DNA of 64,000 nucleotides, from contig NW_025767046.1 of NCBI RefSeq assembly GCF_003918875.1, positions 2,604,001 through 2,668,000 of the forward strand. Reading direction: 5' to 3'. The notes beneath the pieces are model-generated. The model made no database searches, was not told the origin of the DNA, and saw nothing but the letters and a program-made list of their open reading frames with translations. The position numbers and the translations under genes were made by a program. Shown here one piece after another: positions 11,561-24,700 of the stretch (the stretch's first letter is position 1; every line of letters begins with the position of its first letter). This DNA is from Haliotis rubra (taxonomy: Eukaryota).

Positions 11561-13766
11561 ATGGCTTTCCTCGCAGTAGCTCTCCTATCTGTCATAGCTC
11601 ACCTGGCTTTGGGTCAAGGTTTTGGACAGAGCAATACAGGTGTTGGTCAAGCTAATGCAGGATTTGGTTTGGGTCAGGCAGGGGGGTCTTGGGGTCAAGC
11701 TGGATTTGGAGTTGGTGGAATTGGACTTGGTGGACGTGGGCTTGGTACCCATGGACAGGGAATTGGTGGAGCAGGATGGGGTCAAGTAGGAGCAGGATTT
11801 GGCCAGAATATTGTCAATCCGATCCTGAGTAAGTATTTATGACTTATATAATTTTCGTTTCAAACTGAAAATGTTCTTTCTAAATTTTAGGCAACAGCTC
11901 AAAATAGTTAACGCTAGACGCTAGACCTTTAAGAAGCTATGTTGATCGCTGGACTGTCTGGTCCTGACTCGATTATGTACCGCCATATAAATTGAAAATT
12001 GCTGAGTGCGGCTTGTAAGAAAAAACAAACAAACCAACCAATCCTTTAGAAGCTTGGACATTGCCTAACGAAATTATTCCTTGTATGTTTATATTGTACG
12101 ACTTAAAGAGTTTAACTCGAGGAACTCCCCGATACACATTGCAACTGGACATTCCCTGAACATTTGCTTACTTAACTACCATTTGTAAGTTCAGTGTTTA
12201 ACTGTAACTGTTTTCCCCCAGATACGACCATTACATGCACTGGAACAGCTACAGGTTTTGCTTTCTCTGCGACCCTAAGGAGGATGCAGCCGTCTTGGGG
12301 AGGATGGGGTGTAAGTACATGTAGTCTTATCTATTGACTGAACTGGTCTGGGGTTCTGAGGGTCAGATACTTCATGAAGTGTTTCTTCACTGACGGACAA
12401 AAGAAAGTATAAAATCGTGTTTGATGTGGGTCTCATGGTTGTTGAACCTGAAGTGTGTAATTGGCATAAGCCTGGTAACTTTAGATGAGGAATATTATAT
12501 GTATTTTAGCAAATCCACATTCGTTTTTGACAGTCACTACATACTCCTCCCCTGACTTGAGTGTTTTGAAACGAACTGAGATTGTTTTTATTACAGTTTG
12601 GTCGATCACGTAGTGGACTGACTGGATCTGCCGTTCTTAGAACTACAACAGCGTCAGGAACCTACAACCTCGTCATTACTGAGAGATCACGTGTGGAGGC
12701 TGGATGTACCGCTGATGGACTTGGACCTGTCATTGGAAGGTAGGGACGGGTCATTTGTCATTTAGATTCCTCTGAAGGGATGAGGGAAGTGTAAACCATT
12801 CTGGGAAAGAAGTATGTGTCTCCCCAAGCAAATGTTTAATATATCTTTGTATCAGTAAAGCATTTTCTCATTAGCAATTGTAAAAGGAAACGATTATAAA
12901 ACATCACCTAGTCTCCTCCACACCAGCATGTAATGGTCTCACCATTAACACTTAGCATTTAAAAAAGTATCACATTTTAAAAATGAATAAAATGTTTGCC
13001 GGAAAATTGTTGTCAAATGCATCTTGATATCACACAATGTCTCTTCAACAGCAACGTTTGGGGCCAACGTCAAGGTCTTGGTCAAGGCTGGGGTCATGGT
13101 CTTGGTCAACAGTGGGGTCAAGGTCTTGGTCAACAGTGGGGTCAAGGTCTTGGTCAACAGTGGGGCCAGCCATGGGGACAGCAGTGGGGACAAGGTTCAT
13201 GGGGCACCGGAACGACCACCACCCCCGGAGTTGTCACCTCTGTCACCCTCACGACCAACCAGGAAACCATTGTTGATTTGGGTACTGCCAACCTGCCATT
13301 CAGAGAGCTTGAGAGATACGGAGGACGTGGGCTGGCTGTACGTATTTTGTTTAAATCACATGTAAAGTTACTTCATAGTCCCCAGAGACTTAAATAATGT
13401 GTCTATTATGTACAATTTTAACCAAACCCACCGACGGGGAAATTGAAAGCTGTGAGTTGTTTCAATAATATTTTATGTCATTTCATAGTCCTCACAAAAT
13501 TGGAATTACACCCGCCGGGGACGTGTCGGGGAAATAAAAATGATTACGAAATACAATTTGTTGAGTGCTTCACAGATTTATCAGTGCAGGAAGGTAAGAG
13601 TTAAACTATCCACCCCAAACAAATAACACTACCTTACTATTGTTTTCAGTTGTGCACATCCTTGACCACTGGTACAGATGGACGTCAAGTGTGTATGGAG
13701 CCTATCCTGGCCTGCTGCAAGTTGGGATTCGACAACATGGACGCTGTCACACCAACACCTCCATAA
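11561..13766 (+). CDS. Paralog B, 300 aa (closest to A)
   Basis: Exons 11561-11828, 12222-12310, 12597-12739, 13052-13337, 13650-13766. Same phases and exon 2/3/5 lengths (89/143/117) as A. Confidence 0.93.
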
Positions 13767-14150
13767 CTGAGTGACATGAAACCTGAAACAAGTGTGTGAA
13801 TGGTGAATGCAAACTATGTGAATACTATTCTTATTTATGTAAACAATGATCGCTGTAAACAATTGCTCATATTGTTTTTATCATGTGACTTACTGAATTC
13901 ATGGCATGTTCTGTTCACGACGAATCATTATCAATACTCGTTTTAAAAGCATATGGGTTTTTATTTTATGAATAAAACTTACGAAAACAACAAGTGTTAC
14001 ATTATTCTTATGTCAAAACAGCATTAGGGATAATGTGAAAGCTGCTAATTTGCCGGCATGCTACGGCATCACACATTTTGAAAGACGAAAATGTTTATGT
14101 GATCATGACATCGATATGGGTAGTACAAGGGGTTGCGCGGCATGCGTTTC

Positions 14151-15907
14151 CATTAATATGAGCATTCCTTCAGAGCGTCCATCTACATTAATATGAGCAT
14201 TCCTTCAGAGTGTCCATCTACATTAATATGAGCATTCCTTCAGAGCGTCCATCTACATTAATATGAGCATTCCTTCAGAGCGTCCATCTACATTAATATG
14301 AGCATTCCTTCAGAGCGTCCATCTACATTAATATGAGCATTCCTTAAGAGCGTCCATCTACATTAATATGAGCATTCCTTCGGCGTCTTTCTACATTAAT
14401 ATGAGCATTCCTTCAGAGCGTCCATCTACATTAATATGAGCATTCCTTCAATGCTTCCATCTACATTTATATGAGCATTCCTTCGGCTTCTTTCTACATT
14501 AATATGAACATTCCTTCAGGGATTTCATGTACATTAATATGAACATACATACAGGGCTTCCATCTACATTAATATGAACATTCCTTCGGGGCTTCTTTCT
14601 ACATTAATATTAACATTCCTATAAGGCTTCCATCTACATTAATATGAGCATTCCTTCAGGGATTTCATGTACGTTAATATGAACATTCCTTCAGGGCTTC
14701 CATCTACATAAATATAAACATTCCTTCCGGGCTTTCATCTATATTGATATAGGCATTCCTAGACGGCTTCCATCTACATTGATATGAACATTCCTTCAGT
14801 GTTTTCATGTACATTATTATGAACATTCCTTCAGGGCTTCCATCTACATAAATATAAACATTCCTTCCGGGCTTTCATCTACATTGATATAAGCATTTTT
14901 AGACGGCTTCCATCTACATTGATATGAACATTCCTTCAGTGTTTTCATGTACATTATTATGAACATTTCTTCAGGGCTTCCATCTACATAAATATAAACA
15001 TTCCTTCCGGGCTTTCATCTACATTGATATGAACATTCCTAGACGGCTTCCATCTACATTGATATGACCATTCCCATAGGGCTTCCATGTACATTGATAT
15101 GACCATTCCTTCAGGGCTTCAATCCACATTGACTTGACCATTCCTTCAGCTCTTCCACCTACATTAATATGACCCGCGGTCCTTCAAGGCTTTCATCCAC
15201 ATTAATATGACCGGTCCTTCAGGGCTTTCATCCATATTAATATGACCGGTCCTTCAGAGCTTTCATCCACATTAATATGACCGGTCCTTCTTGGCTTTCA
15301 TCCACATTAATATGACCACTCCTTCAGGGCTTTCATCCACATTAATATGACCGGTCCTTCAGGGCTTGCATCCACATTAATATGACCGGTCCTTCTTGGC
15401 TTTCATCCATATTAATAAGACCACTCCTTCAGGGCTTTCATCCACATTAATAAGACCACTCCTTCAGGGCTTTCATCCACATTAATATGATCGGTCCTTC
15501 AAGGCTTGCATCCACATTATTATGTACGGTCCTTCTTGGCTTTCATCCACATTAATATGACCGGTCCTTCAGGGCTTTCATCCACATTAATAAGACCACT
15601 CCTTCAGGGCTTTCATCCACATTAATATGACCGGTCCTTCAAGGCTTGCATCCACATTATTATGTACGGTCCTTCTTGGCTTTCATCCACATTATTATGA
15701 CCGGTCCTTCAGGGCTTTCATCCACATTAATATGACCGGTCCTTCAGGGCTTGCATCCACATTAATATGACCACTCCTTCAGGGCTTTCATCCACATTAA
15801 TATGACCACTCCTTCAGGGCTTTCATCCACATTAATAAGACCACTCCTTCAGGGCTTTCATCCACATTAATATGACCGGTCCTTCAGGGCTTGCATCCAC
15901 ATTAATG
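14151..15907. repeat. 35-bp minisatellite, ~50 units
   Basis: Unit CATTAATATGAGCATTCCTTCAGAGCGTCCATCTA, drifting to CATTAATATGACCGGTCCTTCAGGGCTTTCATCCA. Confidence 0.95.
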
Positions 15908-16794
15908 TGGCAAGTCCAGATTTTGACCGAAATATTTGTTATCACCATACATACTTACGAACATCGGTGACCATTTAGAGGTTCAGCCATACTCACGCAT
16001 AACATTACCATTCAACTGTCTACTGGAATGTCCCAGTTTGAAATATCAGGACTTTTGTCTCTGATTCACACTTGTCTCGTGTTTACAGTTGTATTATAGC
16101 CTGGAATTCCGAGTACTCAGTACTGCACTCAAAATATTTGTCTTAAGGTCTTTGTCATGTGCCATGTCTTGTGTGGGTAGATTCATATGTTTGGGCGCAA
16201 AAATGCGACAATTTAGTCTCGAAATCTAGTTGCATTTGAATGTACATGGTAGGTGTTCATTTAAATATTATCAAATCTTTTCCATCAATCTATAGATTTA
16301 ACCCGGATAACTTGAATGTGGAAACAAACAGGCATCATGAAGTTTCAAATGTTAATAATTTATTGTTAAATCTGCAGGTAACCGAACTGTACATTAAAAC
16401 ACAGACGGTTTATCGCCATTCCGTGTTGCAATAATAGGTCAGCCCTTCGGCCAAGATAGGAATGAAGCGGCATTGGTTGACCAATGTTATTTATATGACT
16501 GAAGAAAATACTGATGATATCTTTGGCGCTCTATAAGCTCCAACTTGCTTTACAAATTTCTACTTTACTCACATATATGATAGGCATTGAAAGCGTGTAG
16601 CATGGGTACTTGGAAGTTCAACGTGAAGTGGGAGTCCAAAGAAAATTGATCACGACTTGCAGGGTTTCTTTCTACTAACGGATTAGAGGTCGACAGACGT
16701 CTCAGGAGCAGTACTTCACCGTGCTGTTGCATCCTTTGAACACACAGGCATATCGATGTGGGTTCGAATCCCGGTCCGCCTCTCTATGCTTCTA

Positions 16795-17038
16795 GGGGCA
16801 GTGGGGTAGCCTAGTGGTTAAAGCGTTCGCTCGTCACGCCGAAGACCCGGGTTCGATTCCCACTAGGGGCAGTTGTCCCCGGGTAGCCTAGTGGTTAAAG
16901 CGTTCGCTCGTCACGCCGATGACCCGGGTTCGATTCCCCACATGGGTACAATGTGTGAAGCCCATTTCCGGTGTCCCCCGCCGTGATATTGCTGGAATAT
17001 TGCTAAAAGCGGCGTAAAACCATACTCACTCACTCACT
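16795..17038 (+). mobile_element. tRNA-derived SINE family 1 (~170 bp); this copy has a duplicated head
   Basis: A-box TAGCCTAGTGG, B-box GGTTCGATTCC, tail GCGGCGTAAAAC..(TCAC)n, TSD CTCTATGCTTCTAGG. Approximate other copies: 6130-6299+, 17148-17311+, 20562-20660+, 20727-20841-, 23455-23675- (interrupted), 23868-24018+, 24250-24413-, 26298-26445+, 26976-27135-, 31100-31245-, 39242-39405+, 45797-45951-, 46071-46230+, 52964-53130+, 54409-54560+, 57298-57461-, 57539-57692-, 59379-59535-, 60017-60184+, 63052-63220+. Confidence 0.9.
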
Positions 17039-17514
17039 CTATGCTTCTAGGTTCGTCAGCACCACACCCGTGCTCGCTGGTTCCATCTGTGTGGTCAACG
17101 TCTGAAATCTGCATCATTTAGGTTTCCCCTCCCACATTAAGCTGACAGGGGCGGTGAGGTACCTGGTGGTTAAATCGTTCGCTCGTCACGCCGAAGACCC
17201 GGGTTCGTTTCCCCACATGGGTACAATGTGTAAAGCCCATTTCTGGTGTCCCCCGCCGTTATATTGCTGGAATATTACCAAAAGCGGAGTAAAACTAAAC
17301 TCACTCACTCATGTAAGCTGACATGCCGTTATATAACAGGTATACAGTTTACAGCTGGGTAAGGCACACTCACTAAATGCATCGGGCATCGCCACTAAGG
17401 CGTTACGCCGTTCGGATTTAAAAGATTTGATGTCACTCTTAAAAGGAGTACACAGGCTCGGGTAAAGCCCGATCGTGTCTTTATACCTCGGATCAACCTC
17501 ATTGTATACTGCCT

Positions 17515-17990
17515 GAAGGCACTTCAGTCGTTTCTAATTCAAAGTGGGGAGGGGACCAAGCTACCCACCTTCATCTATATCGATCACTGGTCCGCTCGAA
17601 GTTAGACTACGGCTCCTTCGTATATGGTGGAGCCTACAAAAGCAACCTAAAACTATTAGATCCTGTCCACCACCAAAGTCTAGGTATTATAGAACTTCTC
17701 CTGTTGACAGTCTCTTCGTCGAGGTCGATGGGCCATCTCTTAACCAACGCCGTATAAAATTAGGTTTACAATGTATTCCAAAACTGTATGCTAACGAGTC
17801 TAACCCTGCTTATAAATGTGTATTTAATCCTCTCTATGAGGATTTGTACAACAAGAAGTCTTCTCTTGTTCCGCCTCTTGGCCTAAGAGTCACACCTTTC
17901 CTTTCTACTGAGCACTGGCGTTGAGCTAGAAAATGCTTTCTTCTCCTCCTTGGCAAGAAGTAAGTATTACTTACCGCTTCATCATATTTA
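17515..17990 (+). mobile_element. Fragment of an I/Nimb-like LINE ORF2 (RT C-terminus/connection region)
   Basis: Translates as KWGGDQATHLHLYRSLVRSKLDYGSFVYGGA...LDPVHHQ, then after a frameshift YRTSPVDSLFVE...RRIKLGLQ...NPAYKCVFNP. These motifs are typical of RNase H-bearing I-group LINEs. Confidence 0.75.
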
Positions 17991-19507
17991 TACACCTGGA
18001 ACTTAATTAAGCACCCCCTGATATATTTCATGATAGTAGAGCAACTGTTAACCATCGTTAAACATGAATGATATCTCTGTATTACAACACATCTCTAGTA
18101 GTCTAAAAAGGTGTTTCAGTTCCTTTGCACTCGTCACAACGCATCCCTTGTGCACGTGAAGCATACAACCCACACATTTCCCAAAATTCAGTTTCTCTGA
18201 CATGCAATTGATGGGTATAAAAGCAGACAAATTTGTAACTATCTCCATTAATGAATACTGAAATGGCGAGGAGAAGACTTTCTGAAGCACTAAGGTGGCA
18301 AATTGTCGGCATGCATGCAACAGGCATGTCCTCCAAAGCTATTGGACGACAACTGGGCTACAGTCACTCGGTCATCAGCCGACGTGTCCGAAAACATCAG
18401 ATGACAGATGTGAGAGATCGTCCAAGGCCTGGACAACCCAGATAGACAACGGCCCGTGATGATCGCAGCCTGGCACGTCTGGTAAGGCGAGAACCCTTTG
18501 CCACAAGTTCGGTTTTGAAGCGCCTGTGGTTACCCTACGGACAATTATCCACCAGAACCGTCTGAAATCGCCTTAGGGCACTAAGTATGAGGTCCAGAAG
18601 AGTCATCAAACGTCCTGCTCTGTCTGATCTCCATAAGAGACGACGTCTGGAGTGGTATATGGCCCGTCGGCAGTGGAACCTGAGGACATGGAGGATGGTC
18701 CACTGGTCAGATGAGAGCAGGTTCCTCCTCCACGTTACAGATGGTCGAATGAGAGTGTGGAGGCATAAAACACTGCTTCCGTGCCCAGGAATATCCACCC
18801 TACTGTTCCTTATGATGGAGGATCGGATATGATCTGGAGTTGTCTTTCACACGACAGTAAACTTCAAATGGTGACTGTCCGAGGAAATCTTGATGGTCAG
18901 CAGTACATCCGGGATATTCCCCGTCCAGTTGTCGTGCCTCACTTTGACAACCACCCGTTGGCTACTCACCCGATATTCATGGATGACAACGCCAGGCCGC
19001 ATCGTTCACGTGCTGTGACCGCACATCTCCAGAATGAGGCTATCATGACATTACCTTGGCCAGCAATGAGCCCCGATTTGAATCCTTTGGAGCACATCTG
19101 GGACTTTCTTGGACGCCGTGTGAGGTTGAGAGAACCCCTCTCCAGCATCTTGAATCTGTCATCCAAGCACGTGGGGGATACACCCGATACTGATGCCAGA
19201 CCCATCAGATGTTAACATGTGACATTCCTTGTGCATCATTTCTTGTAATAGTCAGCCATTGACAATGCTACGACCATACTTGTTCAGTGACTATTTTCAT
19301 CAAGAATCAATAGTGACCAAATCACATTGGTTACGCTATTAAAACAACACGTATTGGAATCATTGTCTTGTTTTTCATTTGCCAATAGATCGTATGTTTC
19401 ACAATAGCTAAGGTTCCACTATCTTTGGAATAGTGAGAGAGTTACAGCAAGTTTTGTTTCTCATCATCCAGAAAATAGGGGGGGTGCTTAATTAAGTTCC
19501 AGGTGTA
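17991..19507 (+). mobile_element. Tc1/mariner DNA transposon (DD34E), defective
   Basis: TIRs TACACCTGGAACTTAATTAAGCACCCCC / GGGGGTGCTTAATTAAGTTCCAGGTGTA flanked by TA. Transposase from ATG 18263: HTH region, GQPR (GRPR-like), WSDESRF, FMDDNARPH, WPAMSPDLNPLEHIW with 34 aa between D and E. Two in-frame stops and a frameshift near 18780. Confidence 0.95.
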
Positions 19508-21751
19508 TATATACATACGGTTCCACCATACTCTGCACTTCATTTGCTTGATAAGGATGTAAGAAGCTGCACCGAAAAGGTTGTCCTCATTGTATTAAGC
19601 TGTTCATCCATGTAACTTACTTAAAAAATCTTCATACTCGAATTTCTTCATGCTTCTCAAATAAGTTAAGGAAGATCTTCTATCTTCATGTCTTCTTTGA
19701 GTGTCATTTTAGAAGTTGGGAAGTACAATATTGACAAACTTTATGGATAACAACTTCTTGCGGGACCATTGTTGACAACGCTAGAAGAATCTGTATCGAA
19801 ACGTCGCACTCACGAAATAAAAGAAGTTTGTCAATACTATATTTACATGTTAAAATCTTTGCGCTGAAACATACTCCGTTGGACGTTATTTGATTTACCA
19901 TTGAGTCATTTTAGAGCTATACCAATGTGTTCAATAAACCTTTTGACAGATAAAACAAGAGATAGCATGTGCACAGACTGTTATTTCATGTACTTCACGA
20001 AAAAGGTAAAGCAAAAAACCCAATTCTTTCATGTTACATTAGTTGATTTGTCAAGACGTGACATGACTAAAGTAATGCAAAAGAATCGAGTGTTCTTATT
20101 TTTTGTGTAGTACATCTCAGTCATTGCTCTCTGGAATGCTAATGAAGGCTCCCAAATTATCCGCTCATGCAACCGCGTTCATGTTGACACCATGAATAAG
20201 TAATGACAAACATATACATATATTTCTTGTCTTTATTACAAAATATTATAACAATAAATAATGATATTCATAGTCATTGTTTGAACACAATAATTTAAAA
20301 CCGTATTTTTCTGCTCTGTAATAAGAGAAGAAAACAATTTCGAAATTACTTAGCTTGTGGTATCTATGAAGACAGGTTATATACTGAATCGTGATGAAAC
20401 TGACATGTTATTCAACGATTCAGGTTTTGGTCTGTCAAAGAGGAGCTATGTTCCTCGACCTGCAGTCTATATATAATCCAGGCCAAGAATTTGATTTTAG
20501 AGTAGTTTATCATTAGCTGTTTAACAGATATATGTTGTAACATTCTTCTAAGACGATAACTGGGGCGGTTGAGTAGCCAAATGATTAAAGCATTCGCTCA
20601 TCCAAGACCAGGGATTCTCTACATGGGTACAATGTGTGAATACCGTTTTTGGTGTCGCTTGAATGTCCAGGATGTATGTTCTCACCAGTACGTATTTGTA
20701 TTTTCACACACAATTTAATAGATTAAATCACGGCGGGGACACCAGAAATGGGCTTCACAGCTTGTATTCATGTGGGGAATAGAACCCGGGTCTCTGGCGT
20801 GACAAGCGAACGCATTAACCACTAGGCTACCTCACCGCCCTTCAAATTGGAACATAATAAATAAATAAATAAATAAATAAAATACATGTATAAAGCAATG
20901 TTTGATGCAAAAACAACATTAAATGATTAATAATATTTAGAAGTTGTGCATTAGATACTGGTATTTAAGTGGTGTTTTATAACTTTTTTCAATCACTATG
21001 GTATTGTTTGCAATTTTGGTTCAACCTTTCTTGTGTATATTTCATTTTACCCTCTAATTTATGCTGGTATAATAGACCGCATTATACCATAATTAATCAA
21101 AGAGGCATAATTCTTATTCTGGGGTACCGAAACTATCAAATTTCCAAATTGAGCAAATCAGAATTCTATTTGTAAGCCTAAGTTGACTCTCGATATGATA
21201 TCAAGCAAGGTATGTAGTTCCTTCATGAAGCTCGCCCAAAAGCTTTATTAATTTCAAATTCAATAGTTTCAATTATAATTTAAGATGTTTGAGAGCCTGG
21301 ATTAATTTAATGGCCTTTTTCATTCTTGTCAATCCGAAGCAGAGAACCACTCTACAGCATATTTCATACTACTGTGAAGGAGTTAAAACCGAATTAAAAT
21401 ATTCATTAACATTACAGAAAATTTTAAACTCTTAAATATTCAGGGAATTGCAAAAGATATAATCACTAAACAAGAAATCGATAATGGGGAGAGGGGTTGG
21501 TTGGATTTGTCCATAATGTTTTACAAGATGTAACTCATATTCAATATTGCAATTTGACTGTACGATTGGATACAAATTTATGGCAGCGCATGTAACAAGG
21601 AAGTTGATGGAATGGAAATAGAATGATGAAGATGAGGAAGAGACAAAGGTTAGGTTGATTTAGTTCGTCTTCTCATTGGAAAATACTGTTGCACACATAC
21701 TGCACATAATGGCTATCAAATATGTTTGCAAAGAATGGATTGCTTCCTGCT

Positions 21752-24700
21752 TTAAGGGGCTGCCGGGGTGACAGCATCCATGTTGTCGAATCCCAACTTG
21801 CAGCAGGCCAGGATAGGCTCCATACACACTTGACGTCCATCAGTGCCAGTGGTCAAGGATGTGCACAGCTGAAAACAACAGTCAGGTAGTGTTATTTGTT
21901 CGTCTTAGAGAGATTAAGGCCATTTGGTTAAAAGAACATTTCCACTCTAAGGACACTTAAGAAAGATTTTCTTTTCGACATTTGATACTCTCATCCTTGA
22001 CCTGAATTGATTGCTAATAATCTCAAATATGAATATCTTAATAATAAGGAGAAGTCTTATAAAAAGCAACAAAGCATGCACAAAGCGCTAACACCCTAAT
22101 TTTTATTACCCCGGATAACCCAAGCTGCCTGTTTGGCGCTAGAAGGTTATAGTCACATGACTTTATCCAACCGGGTTCCCATTTTCTGCTGGGTGAACAT
22201 AGGCAAGTTTGAACAAACTCACTTGCCTAAGGTGAGACCACATGTATCGCACGTGCTTCGTTGTTGGGCAGGACGTAAGTCCTAGAAACTCTCAGGAGTC
22301 AAGTTTTCAAACACGGTCACCCATCCAATGACTGTCCGAGCTCGCCGCTGCTTAACTTCAACTGATTCGTGACCTGCGCTCTGTGCACAGGACCACACGC
22401 CACCACATCTTCAAATATATTGTAAATCTCCGGGGACTATGAAAGAACAATACATGCAATTTAAATCAACTACTTACAGCCAATCCGCGTCCTCCGTATC
22501 TCTCGAGCTCCCTGAATGGTAGGTTGGCAGAGCTCAAGTCGAGGACAGTCTCCTGGTTAGTACTGAGGGTGACAGAGGTGACAACTCCAGGGGTGGTGGT
22601 CGTTCCGGTGCCCCATGAACCTTGTCCCCACTGCTGTCCCCATGGCTGGCCCCACTGTTGACCAAGACCATGACCCCATCCTTGACCAAGACTTTGACCC
22701 CATCGTTGGCCCCAAACGTTGCTGTTGGAGAGACATAGTGTGATTTCAAGATGTAGTTGACAACAAATTTCCAGTAAACGTTTTATTCAAGTTTTAAAGA
22801 TGTGACCCCATCGTTGGCCCTACACATTGCTGAAAGTGTAAGGAAACATTCATTTCATATTCATCATATTATATCATTTTATGAAAAAATTGATGATTCA
22901 TCACTTGGATTCGTTATGATAACCTTAGAAATCATAAATATTTTCAGAAGTAAGTGATAATATAATAGTTTGTTGCTAATGCCACTTTCTAGAGACAGGC
23001 AGGATATGGTCAGATTTTTAACTTTTAAAGGTAGGTCCGAGATACAATACGCCAACATATCGCACGCATTTGACTATATGAATTTTGTAATCCTCCGCCT
23101 CCTTCGGAATCAAAATGATCCTTACCTTCCAATGACAGGTCCGAGTCCATCAGAGGTACATCCAGCCTCTACACGAGATCTCTCAGTGATGACGAGGTTG
23201 TAAGTTCCTGACACAGTGGATGTTCTCAGAACAGCAGATCCAGTCAGACCTCCGCGGGATCGACCCAACTGGAAAGGAAAAAACAAAACAAATATAGGGC
23301 ACTAGAGTTTGTGAAGATTCCACACTTCTGAAATGATGGAAGCGGATTTCAACAGTATGGCAACAGAGAATATATAATATCATTGCCAGACATTAACCAT
23401 CCTCGATTGTCTACCAAAACCGATTCCAATTGGCGTAAACGACAAAATTATATGAGTGAGTGAGTTGATTTTTACGACGCTTTTACGCAATATTCCAGCA
23501 ATATCACGGTGGGGAACACCTGAAATCGGCTGCACACATTGTAAGGCTTGCCCTCATTTCGCCTACAGTAATTTTAATGGCCATTTCTACCACCCCTATG
23601 ACAATAATGGGTATTACCCAACTGGCTGTTAACATTAAACAAATAGATCTTGTCTTCGGCGTGACGAGCGAACACCCCTGAAGTAATATGAACGGATAAC
23701 TGAAAAGCATGATGACACAAGACGTTTGTACAAAGGGAAAACATGTCCTGCACTAACTGTAACACGAACCACATTTTGCAAAATTTGTAGTTAAAGATAG
23801 GTATTGGTTTATTGTCTTACGCCGCACAGGAATACACCTGCAAAACGACCGCGGTCTCTAAACGAGTCGGGCGATGGGGTAGCCTTATGGTTAAAGCGTT
23901 CGCTGGTCACGTCGAAGGCCTGGGTTCGATTCCCCACATGGATACAATGTGTTTCTGGTGTCCCCCCGCCGTGATATTGCTGGAATATTGCAAAAAGCGG
24001 CGTAAAACCAACTCACTCGTCCTCTCTGAACGAGTCGCATGCATGGTACGCAGTTGACCTGTCATGTTGACCTGTTATATTTAAATAGAAGGAATTCAAC
24101 GTATACCACGGAGAACTTTGCTGACAATCACAGAAAGGTTATCAGGTCGAAACCGGGCTTCGAAACAAAGATCACGTGTTTCTGCCAGGCCTTAAGATCG
24201 CAACGTCGTAACGTCGCAACCGTAGAGACTGAGCAACAAATGTCTCTTAGTGAGTGAGTGAGCTTAGCGTTACGCCGCTTTAGCAATATTCCAGCAATAT
24301 CACGACGGGGACACCAGAAATGGGTTTCACACATTGTACCCATGTGGGAAGTCGAACCCGGGTCTTTGACGTGACGAGCGAACGCTTTAACCACTAGGCT
24401 ACCCCAGCGCCCCTTTTCCTTAGTGAATATGAAACAACCTCGTAGAACATCATTAAACAACTTACTCCCCATCCTCCCCAGCTGGGCTGCACCCTCTTCA
24501 GTGTGAAAGATCCCGTGATGCCTGTAGCTCCGAACGTGCAGGTGATGGTAGTATCTAAGAAGAAAAGCATAAATGTATAATTATAATTATTAGCCCATTC
24601 TTTAAAAAACCCTGCAGCTATTGATCTATTGCATTATTTATAATCATGTTTGATGTAAGTATTTAATCGATATTTCACGAAATACTGTTATGATCCATGT

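Noticed and set aside
14151-15907. CRISPR-like array (35-bp periodicity)
   Set aside because: Units are contiguous with no unique spacers, the context is eukaryotic and there are no cas genes.
16795-16940. tRNA genes (many GGTTCGATTCC-containing segments)
   Set aside because: They are SINE heads: each continues into a shared body and tail, often with TSDs, and lacks a proper acceptor stem and terminator.
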